A stretch of DNA of 12,590 nt, taken from Thermoplasmatota archaeon (lineage in GTDB: Archaea; Thermoplasmatota; E2; DHVEG-1; B18-G2). A model generated the notes under the pieces. It was not told the origin of the DNA, did no database searches, and was given only the letters and a program-made list of their open reading frames with translations. Shown one piece after another: positions 1 to 6,640 of the stretch (within the stretch, counting starts at the first letter, position 1; every line of letters begins with the position of its first letter). Made by a program: the position numbers and the translations under genes. The stretch covers positions 1 through 12,590 of the forward strand of contig JAPDJO010000072.1 of the NCBI GenBank assembly GCA_029259115.1. Reading direction: 5' to 3'.

Positions 1-354
1 CCTACCGCCTGGACCAGTTCCCTCAACCTTCTCCAAGGATATCTTCAATTCTCTTGCGAGCTTTTTCGCGATGGGACTCGCCTTTATCTTAATCTTAGGC
101 TTAACTCTAGCCGGAGCCTCGGCTTCCTCTATTACGGCTATAGCTTCTCCAACCTTGACAACCTCACCGGATCTCTTCAAGATCTTGACGAGCTTACCCG
201 TGTATGGCGATTCCACCTCGAAGGTGGTCTTTTCACCTTCAACGACCAACACGGTCTCTCCCTTACGTACGTCATCGCCCTCCTTCTTCAACCACTCCAC
301 AATTCTCCCTTCTTCCATCACTGGATCAAGTCTAGGCATCTTGAGCTCCGCCAT
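1..354 (-). CDS. Dihydrolipoamide acyltransferase (E2, AcoC/PdhC-like), N-terminal part only; runs off the left edge
   Basis: Not in the ORF track. Manual translation from ATG 354: MAELKMPRLDPVMEEGRIVEWLKKEGDDVRKGETVLVVEGEKTTFEVESPYTGKLVKILKRSGEVVKVGEAIAVIEEAEAPARVKPKIKIKASPIAKKLARELKISLEKVEGTGPGGR. This is a lipoyl domain (lipoyl-Lys in EGEKT) plus a peripheral subunit-binding domain (ASP.A.KLARE..I.L..V.GTGPGGR). It starts 2 nt after the E1beta stop. Confidence 0.93.
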   Translation of the reverse strand, partial: MAELKMPRLDPVMEEGRIVEWLKKEGDDVRKGETVLVVEGEKTTFEVESPYTGKLVKILKRSGEVVKVGEAIAVIEEAEAPARVKPKIKIKASPIAKKLARELKISLEKVEGTGPGGR

Positions 355-356
355 CT

Positions 357-1343
357 TCACTTCACCAACCTTTTAACGGCGTCAACGATCTTATCAGAAT
401 CAACCATATACTGCTTCTCAAGCTGCGGTGAAAATGGTATCGGTAGCGGCGGAGAGTTCACCCTAATTATCGGAGCATCTAGATAGTCGAAGGCGAACTC
501 GCTGACGTAGGCTGAGACCTCGGCCGATATACCGCATGTCTTAACGCTGTCATCAGCTATGACAAGTCTATTCGTCTTCATAACGGATTTAACTATCGTG
601 TCATAATCCATCGGCTGAATAGTCATCAAGTCTATCACCTCCGCGCTTATCCCCTCTTCTGCGAGCTTATCGGCCGCCTTCAAAGCCTCGATGACGGTTC
701 TAGCCACAGCGACTATCGTAACGTCCTCGCCCTCACGCTTAACATCACATTTACCCAAAGGTATCAAATACTCATCTTCAGGAACAGGCCCCTTCAACCT
801 ATAAAGGACTCCTGATTCTATGAAGAGCACGGGATCATCATCCCTTATAGCGGACTTCAATAAGCCCTTGGCATCCTTCGGGGTTCCAGGTAAGACGACC
901 TTTATCCCAGGTGATTGAAGGAAGCATGCGGCTAGAAATTGACTGTGTTGACATCCATGAGCTCTCCCCAAACTATATTGAGTTCTAATAACCATCGGAA
1001 GCTTCACCTGCCCCCCGCTCATGAACCTCGATTTCGCCGCATGAGTTATGATCATGTCAGTGGCGAGAGTCAAGAAATCTAAATACATTATCTCGGCCAC
1101 GGGTCTAAGCCCCATCAAGGCGGCTCCGATCGCCGTTCCAGCTATGGCCGCTTCTGAAATCGGTGTGTCCAAGACTCTCTCCGGCCCAAATTCCTCTAAT
1201 AATCCCTTAGTCACTTTATAGACTCCTCCGAATACTCCGACATCTTCTCCGAAAACTATCACCTTATCGTCTCTTCTCATCTCTTCTCTCAAAGCCTCAT
1301 TTAAAGCCTCAGCATAACTTATCTCCCTAACGCCACTCGCCAT
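357..1343 (-). CDS. TPP-dependent dehydrogenase E1 beta subunit (AcoB/PdhB family)
   Basis: Motifs EALNEALREEM, GEDVGVFGGVYKVTKGL, RVLDTPISE, GLRPVAEIM, QHSQ, DAKGLLKSAIRDDDPV, YLDAPIIRV. Start moved from 1385 to ATG 1343 (MASGVREISY), which follows a GGGGTG SD-like site and overlaps the E1alpha stop. Confidence 0.95.
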   Translation of the reverse strand: MASGVREISYAEALNEALREEMRRDDKVIVFGEDVGVFGGVYKVTKGLLEEFGPERVLDTPISEAAIAGTAIGAALMGLRPVAEIMYLDFLTLATDMIITHAAKSRFMSGGQVKLPMVIRTQYSLGRAHGCQHSQFLAACFLQSPGIKVVLPGTPKDAKGLLKSAIRDDDPVLFIESGVLYRLKGPVPEDEYLIPLGKCDVKREGEDVTIVAVARTVIEALKAADKLAEEGISAEVIDLMTIQPMDYDTIVKSVMKTNRLVIADDSVKTCGISAEVSAYVSEFAFDYLDAPIIRVNSPPLPIPFSPQLEKQYMVDSDKIVDAVKRLVK

Positions 1344-2379
1344 ATCTCGCACCCCCACTAACATAGAGATAATCCCACATCTCATCGAATGGCATGATCG
1401 GAGCTTCCTCAGCTTCCTTAACGGCTTCCTCTAGAATTGAAGCTATTTCCTCATCCCATCTCTTAAACTCGTCCTCTGAGATTATTCCCAAGCTCTTGAG
1501 CTTCTTGAAGAATCTGTCTATCGGATCCTTCTTCATCCAGAACTCAACTTCATCCTTTGGCCTATACCAAGCAGTATCATAGACTCCGTGTCCCTTCTTT
1601 CTATATGTCCTGCACTCGATGAATGCTGGCCCATTACCGGATCGAATATATTCAGCAGCTTTGCTGGCGGCATAATAGACTGCGACTACATCGTTTCCAT
1701 CCTCAACAAGAAACGACTTTATTCCATAACATGCTCCTCTAGCAGCTATACTCTCACCGGCAAAGGACTTCTTATGTGGAACTGATAATGCATATAGATT
1801 ATTCTCGCATACAAATAGTATTGGGAGCTTCCAAACCGCAGCTAAGTTCACTCCCTCATTGAATGCTCCAGTATTCACCGCTCCATCTCCAAAGAACACG
1901 GCCGCTATCCTGTCTTCCTTCCTATACTTCAAGGCCAACCCCACTCCACATGCTATGGGTATACCGCTTCCAACGATCGCCGTGGCCATCGGAATATTAT
2001 GCTCAACGCTTAGAGCCGAATGCATGCTCCCACTCAATCCCTTACATGTTCCAGTGATCTTCCCGAAAAGCTCAGCCATCAATGCCTTCATTGAGACTCC
2101 TCTGGCGATCGCGTGACCATGTCCCCTATACGTCGTGACTATAACATCATCATCTCTAAGAGCTCCAATAACTCCAGCCGCAACCGCTTCCTCACCGAGA
2201 TAGAGATGCGCTGGACCTATGAGCTTTCCCTCCACCAAAAACAATCTCTCAACCATCTCCTCAAATCTCCTAGCCTCAAGCATCTTCCTCAACATCATTC
2301 TCAAATCTTCTTCCTTCAGCGGGAGATCCTTGTATTGCTCTACTGGAATTTCGCGTACTACTTCGACCATTCCTTTCAT
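1327..2379 (-). CDS. TPP-dependent dehydrogenase E1 alpha subunit (AcoA/PdhA family)
   Basis: HLYLGEEAVAAG, TYRGHGH, GSMH, TPP-binding motif GDGAVNTGAFNEGVNLAAVWKLPILFVCENN, ECRTYR..GH, KDPI. Alternative start ATG 2370. Confidence 0.95.
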   Translation of the reverse strand: MKGMVEVVREIPVEQYKDLPLKEEDLRMMLRKMLEARRFEEMVERLFLVEGKLIGPAHLYLGEEAVAAGVIGALRDDDVIVTTYRGHGHAIARGVSMKALMAELFGKITGTCKGLSGSMHSALSVEHNIPMATAIVGSGIPIACGVGLALKYRKEDRIAAVFFGDGAVNTGAFNEGVNLAAVWKLPILFVCENNLYALSVPHKKSFAGESIAARGACYGIKSFLVEDGNDVVAVYYAASKAAEYIRSGNGPAFIECRTYRKKGHGVYDTAWYRPKDEVEFWMKKDPIDRFFKKLKSLGIISEDEFKRWDEEIASILEEAVKEAEEAPIMPFDEMWDYLYVSGGARYGEWR

Positions 2380-2451
2380 AATTCTAGAAGTTCTGGAGAA
2401 GAATATCTACTTTTACTTGATATGAACACATGTGTGGGTGATGAAGGATTA

Positions 2452-2467
2452 AATGCTTATATAAAGC
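2452..2467. promoter_or_regulatory. Archaeal TATA box in the divergent E1alpha/ATPase intergenic region, possibly bidirectional
   Basis: aatgcTTATATAAagc. TTATATAA (2457-2464) is palindromic and lies about 28 nt upstream of ATG 2493; the minus strand reads TTTATATA. Confidence 0.6.
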
Positions 2468-2492
2468 CAGGCGGCTTATCGTAATCGAGGTT

Positions 2493-3596
2493 ATGGTATC
2501 GGTTAAAGTCGTAAATACTTCGAAGAAATTTGATGGCAAGAAAATATTGGATGATGTAACCTTCGAGGTCAAGGATGGAAGCTTTACATCGATTCTCGGG
2601 CCAGTCGGCGCAGGAAAGACAACGTTGCTTAGAATCATTGCCGGCGTTGAGTCCCCTGACAGCGGATCAGTCTACTTTGGAGGCAAGGATGTGACCATGA
2701 TGCCGGCTAGAGAGAGAAACGTAGCAATGGTGTACCAAACCTTCGCGCTTTATCCGCATATGAGAGTCTTCGACAATATCGCTTCGCCATTAGCCATAAG
2801 AGGAGTCCCAAAGGTGGAGATCGAGAAGAGGGTTAAGGAGGTAGCAGATTTACTGAAAATTAGTCATCTATTATCGAGATATCCTAGAGAGCTTAGCGGC
2901 GGTGAAGCTCAGAGGGTGGCTATTGCCAGAGCTCTGATAAAGAGAGCCGATGTCTACCTCTTTGACGAGCCTCTAACCAATCTTGATTATAAGATCAGGG
3001 AGAGCATGAGAGGAGAGCTCAGAAGAATTTTTAGAGAGCTTGGAGGCACGATAATCTACGCTGCATCCGACCCATTAGACACGTTCACAATGGCTCAATA
3101 TGTAGTGATCTTGCATAAGGGAAGGGTGTTGCAAACAGGGACTGTGGAAGACGTTTACCTTAATCCCAAGAACATGGATGTGAGTAGGATTCTCGCAAGA
3201 CCTCCCATGAACCTTATTGATGCTGAATTAAAGATCAGTGGAGACAGGTATATCCTAGATGTGAGGGGAATTGAGATCGATGTAAGCCACTTAAAGGATC
3301 TGTTAAAGGAGGAGGAATATGTTGTCGGCGTTAGACCTGAGCATCTCGTCTTCTCAACCGGAGACGAGAAAGATGTGATCAGCTTCCCGAGCACAGTTAT
3401 CGTGACGGAGATAGAAGGTTCAGAATCAATAATTCACCTGGATTGGAAGGGGTACAAGCTGATGATGTACTATCCGTATATTAGGAGGCTGGCTCCAGGA
3501 GAGCATCTTGTCGTGAACGTAAAACTTAAGGACCTCTACATATTTAGCAAGAAAAGTGGAGAATTGATAGCTAGATACTCAAGGGAGGTTGTCTGA
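2493..3596 (+). CDS. glpS: Carbohydrate (CUT1) ABC transporter ATP-binding protein, GlpS-like, with degenerate H-loop
   Basis: Walker A GPVGAGKT, Q-loop AMVYQ, signature LSGGE, Walker B/D-loop YLFDEPLTNLDYKIRE, H-switch replaced by YAASDP, C-terminal GVRPEH/TOBE region. NIASPL and NLDYK.RE match GlpS as I recall the family. GAGGT SD upstream. The symbol is family-level only. Confidence 0.9.
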   Translation: MVSVKVVNTSKKFDGKKILDDVTFEVKDGSFTSILGPVGAGKTTLLRIIAGVESPDSGSVYFGGKDVTMMPARERNVAMVYQTFALYPHMRVFDNIASPLAIRGVPKVEIEKRVKEVADLLKISHLLSRYPRELSGGEAQRVAIARALIKRADVYLFDEPLTNLDYKIRESMRGELRRIFRELGGTIIYAASDPLDTFTMAQYVVILHKGRVLQTGTVEDVYLNPKNMDVSRILARPPMNLIDAELKISGDRYILDVRGIEIDVSHLKDLLKEEEYVVGVRPEHLVFSTGDEKDVISFPSTVIVTEIEGSESIIHLDWKGYKLMMYYPYIRRLAPGEHLVVNVKLKDLYIFSKKSGELIARYSREVV

Positions 3597-3599
3597 GGA

Positions 3600-4673
3600 A
3601 TGGTCTCTATTAGATTAGAGAACATAACCCACATATATCCAGGAGAGGTTGTAGCCGTAAGAGATGTAAGTATAGCTTTCCAAGACAAGACCTTTAACGG
3701 CTTACTCGGTCCCTCTGGATGTGGAAAGACCACCCTAATGAAGATCATCGCAGGGCTACTGAAACCAACAAAAGGTAGGGTCTACTTCGACGATCAAGAC
3801 GTGACCGACATGTCGCCGCAGAAGAGAAACATCGCCATGGTTTTCCAGTTTCCAGTAGTCTACGATATGTCAGTATATGGCAATATAGCTTTCCCACTAC
3901 GAGTCAGGAAAATACCCGAAGATGAGATCAGGAGGAAGGTACATGAGGTGGCGGAGATGTTAGGTATAAAGCATCTATTACATGTTCATGCTGCAGCTCT
4001 CGATGCTAGTGGAAGACAGAGAGTTGCTATCAGCAGAGCATTGGTGAGAAGCCCTAATGCCTTTATTCTTGACGAACCCTTTAGTAACATAGATCCAGAG
4101 AGCAGGCTGGTCCTAAGAGCCAAGCTTAAGGAAATTCAGAGGGAGCTTAAGCAAACAATGATTTTCGTGACCCATGATCAAGCAGAAGCACTAACCCTAT
4201 CAGATAAAATAGCAGTGATGAGTGAAGGTAAGATTATTCAATACGATAGTCCGGAGGTAATCTATGAAAATCCGGCGAACACGTTCATAGCATACTTTGT
4301 AGGGATTCCGGCTATGAACTTGATTCCAGCCAGCCTACAGGGTTCTTTCCTAGTGGCGGGAGATTTAAGATACGATGTATCAAGATATAAACATTTATTG
4401 GAGCCTAGAGGTACAGAGTTTATTTTAGGAATCAGAGCTGAGAATATAGAGGTTAGCTTATCAGAAAAAGTAGACAAGGAGTGGCTAAAGATGAAATGCT
4501 CAATGATCGAGAGTTTAGGCGCTCTATTAATATTGCATTTAGAAGGAGCAGGAATTTACGTTAAAGCCAAGGTTCGGAGGATTCCTGTATCCGAAGGAGA
4601 TTCTGTCTGGATTAGATTGAAGCCGGAAAAGGTGAAGATCTTCGACAAGAAAAGTAGAGAGAGAATAATTTAG
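3600..4673 (+). CDS. Carbohydrate (CUT1) ABC transporter ATP-binding protein, ABC-type GlpT-like (not the MFS GlpT), with degenerate signature
   Basis: Walker A GPSGCGKT, AMVFQFPVVYD (typical of the GlpT-like ATPase), signature replaced by LDASG, FILDEPFSNIDP, intact VTHDQAEA. GGAGG SD upstream. Confidence 0.9.
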   Translation: MVSIRLENITHIYPGEVVAVRDVSIAFQDKTFNGLLGPSGCGKTTLMKIIAGLLKPTKGRVYFDDQDVTDMSPQKRNIAMVFQFPVVYDMSVYGNIAFPLRVRKIPEDEIRRKVHEVAEMLGIKHLLHVHAAALDASGRQRVAISRALVRSPNAFILDEPFSNIDPESRLVLRAKLKEIQRELKQTMIFVTHDQAEALTLSDKIAVMSEGKIIQYDSPEVIYENPANTFIAYFVGIPAMNLIPASLQGSFLVAGDLRYDVSRYKHLLEPRGTEFILGIRAENIEVSLSEKVDKEWLKMKCSMIESLGALLILHLEGAGIYVKAKVRRIPVSEGDSVWIRLKPEKVKIFDKKSRERII

Positions 4674-4695
4674 TCCCTGCAGGCTTCTAAGTCTT

Positions 4696-4875
4696 TTATG
4701 CAAATTTATAGAACAGCCACCCTATTATTCCTCCGATAATTAATGCCCCCCACAGTGACAATCTATAGATGGGTTCTATGGTCTTTAACCAGATGAAGCA
4801 TACAGCGAAAGTCAAGACTATTCCCACGAAAACTTTCTCACCTTTCGTTAACTTCACCGGCAGGAACCCCATCAT
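4696..4875 (-). CDS. glpU: Small two-helix membrane protein, GlpU/DUF2160-like accessory subunit (59 aa)
   Basis: Not in the ORF track. MMGFLPVKLTKGEKVFVGIVLTFAVCFIWLKTIEPIYRLSLWGALIIGGIIGWLFYKFA*. ATGATG overlaps the permease TGA (translational coupling). GFLP....G..(V/L)F.G........WL resembles the C-terminal part of DUF2160, and it follows the GlpQ-like permease as glpU does. Confidence 0.82.
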   Translation of the reverse strand: MMGFLPVKLTKGEKVFVGIVLTFAVCFIWLKTIEPIYRLSLWGALIIGGIIGWLFYKFA

Positions 4876-5690
4876 CTCACCGCCCCGAATGTTAGCGCCG
4901 TAGCGATGTGTTTCTGCAAGAAGTATATAACTATTATGACTGGTAGGTTGGCGATCACGGAGAGAGCGGCTATTTCGCTCCAGTTAACCCATATCTGAGA
5001 CATGTAGTGTAGTAAGCCGCCTGTCAATGGCATAGCTGCTGGTGAGGTTGTCAGTAGGGAGGCGAAGAGCATCTCGTTCCAGGTGAATATGAAGACGAAG
5101 AGAGAGCATACCGCTATAGCTGGCCTTAATATGGGTAAGAGAATCTTCCTCAACATTTGCCAGAAAGTGTATCCATCTATGTATGCCGCTTCTTCAATAT
5201 CTCCTGGAATCGCATCTATGAAGCCTTTAAGTACCCATATTACGAACGGCAAATTTCCTATGCTGTTGATGATTATTAATCCGTAGATGGTGTCGAAAAG
5301 TTTGAGGTAGGTGTAAAGAACCCAATAGGGTATTAGGAAGGCTGCTGGCGGAGCCATCCTATTTGTTAGGAACCAGAAGAGGAAGTGATTGTCAGCTTTG
5401 AACTTTAATCGTGAGAAGGCGTATGCGGCGAGAATACCTGGTGGAAGACAAAGAGCTATCTCCGCTATCGAAAGGATGAAAGAATTTCTTAGATATGCCC
5501 CATAAACATCCTCAAAAAGAGGTCTGTAATAGTTCATCCAGTTTAATTGATGAGGTATGAAGACTACTCCTCCAATTACCTCCAGCCTTGTCTTGAAGGA
5601 GGTAACTATCAGCCAGTATAATGGGAAGAGGATGAATATCAGCGTCAAGCCCACAAGGATTATAGACGCAGTTTTCTCCCAGTTGACCAT
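4872..5690 (-). CDS. glpQ: Carbohydrate ABC transporter permease (MalG-type, GlpQ-like)
   Basis: FPLYWLIVTSFK, FWFLTNRMAPPA (GlpQ-like), EAA loop IEEAAYIDG, FIFTWNE. GAGGTGA SD upstream. The symbol is family-level only. Confidence 0.92.
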   Translation of the reverse strand: MVNWEKTASIILVGLTLIFILFPLYWLIVTSFKTRLEVIGGVVFIPHQLNWMNYYRPLFEDVYGAYLRNSFILSIAEIALCLPPGILAAYAFSRLKFKADNHFLFWFLTNRMAPPAAFLIPYWVLYTYLKLFDTIYGLIIINSIGNLPFVIWVLKGFIDAIPGDIEEAAYIDGYTFWQMLRKILLPILRPAIAVCSLFVFIFTWNEMLFASLLTTSPAAMPLTGGLLHYMSQIWVNWSEIAALSVIANLPVIIVIYFLQKHIATALTFGAVR

Positions 5691-5699
5691 TTTTCCTGC

Positions 5700-6554
5700 T
5701 CACCTCTTTGTGACAACCTTTAAAGTTATAAAGGTTAGTATGATGACAATGTATAGGAAGAAGAGCGCGACCGCAGCGCAATATCCCATTTTCAATTCAC
5801 TTAAAGCCGTTTTAACGATATAGATGCTTAGATAGTTTGTAGCTTTTCCAGGACCTTCAGCCGTTAGAACCCATACTTCATCGAATATCCTGAGAGCATC
5901 CATCATTCTTATCAGGAATGCGATCATTATGCCGTACTTCATTCCTGGAAGCGTAATGTATCTGAAGATGTCCCAAGAGGAAGCGCCATCAACCATAGCT
6001 GAATCATAGGGTTCGGGCGGAATAGAGGCTCTTGCAGCAACTAAAACCAAAACCACGAAGGGTGTCCAGTGCCATACATCCATTAAAACCGTGGTGAAGA
6101 AGGCTTGAAGTGGAGAAGCTCCAATATCATAATTGAAGTTGAAAATTTGTTTCAGAACAAGTGGTATTGGTCCGATATCTGGTCTGACCATTAATAGCCA
6201 AATCGATCCAACAACTAAGGGCGGAATGAGCATGGGGGTAGCGAGGATCGTGCGGGTTATTCTGTTTATGCGGGTATCTTTGTAAAGTGCTAATGCGAGC
6301 GCCAACCCTAATGGAATTTCAATAACCATGCATATGGCCACGAAAGCAAACCCCTTAGCTAGGGAATCCCAGAAGATAGTGTCGAACATTAAGTGAAAGA
6401 AGTTGTCATAACCTATGAAGAGAGGGGGAACGCCTAACGTATACCTTTGGGTAGCTAGATAAGCGGCGTAAAATACTGGTAAGAAGGCATTGAATCCAAC
6501 AATTATGAAGGCAGGCAAAAAGAGTAACCATGGATTAATGGTTTGTCGGGTCAT
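5700..6554 (-). CDS. glpP: Carbohydrate ABC transporter permease (MalF-type, GlpP-like)
   Basis: IEIPLGLALAL, PMLIPPLVVG, MDVWHWTP, EAA-like YDSAMVDGAS, LIRMMDALRIFDE, GPG. Start set at ATG 6554 because the GTG at 6566 lies within an AGGTGA SD. Confidence 0.92.
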   Translation of the reverse strand: MTRQTINPWLLFLPAFIIVGFNAFLPVFYAAYLATQRYTLGVPPLFIGYDNFFHLMFDTIFWDSLAKGFAFVAICMVIEIPLGLALALALYKDTRINRITRTILATPMLIPPLVVGSIWLLMVRPDIGPIPLVLKQIFNFNYDIGASPLQAFFTTVLMDVWHWTPFVVLVLVAARASIPPEPYDSAMVDGASSWDIFRYITLPGMKYGIMIAFLIRMMDALRIFDEVWVLTAEGPGKATNYLSIYIVKTALSELKMGYCAAVALFFLYIVIILTFITLKVVTKR

Positions 6555-6582
6555 TTTCCACTTCACCTAATTTTGGACGCTT

Positions 6583-6607
6583 AAAAAAAGTATAAGGAGT
6601 ATAAAAA
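6583..6607 (-). terminator. Oligo-T tracts downstream of the SBP gene (putative partial archaeal terminator)
   Basis: The minus strand reads TTTTTatactccttatacTTTTTTT between the SBP stop (6641) and the first permease. Confidence 0.5.
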
Positions 6608-6640
6608 TTTAACCAGAGAGTTTTGAGTAGTTGAGCTATT

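Noticed and set aside
71-376. 101-aa plus-strand ORF with a signal-peptide-like N-terminus
   Set aside because: Antisense shadow of the E2 lipoyl/PSBD gene, which has clear family motifs.
1394-2638. Short ORFs 1394-1582, 1588-1785, 1859-2116, 1863-2057, 2113-2484, 2219-2425 and 2384-2638
   Set aside because: Antisense shadows of E1alpha or ATPase 1; Ser-rich with no recognisable motifs.
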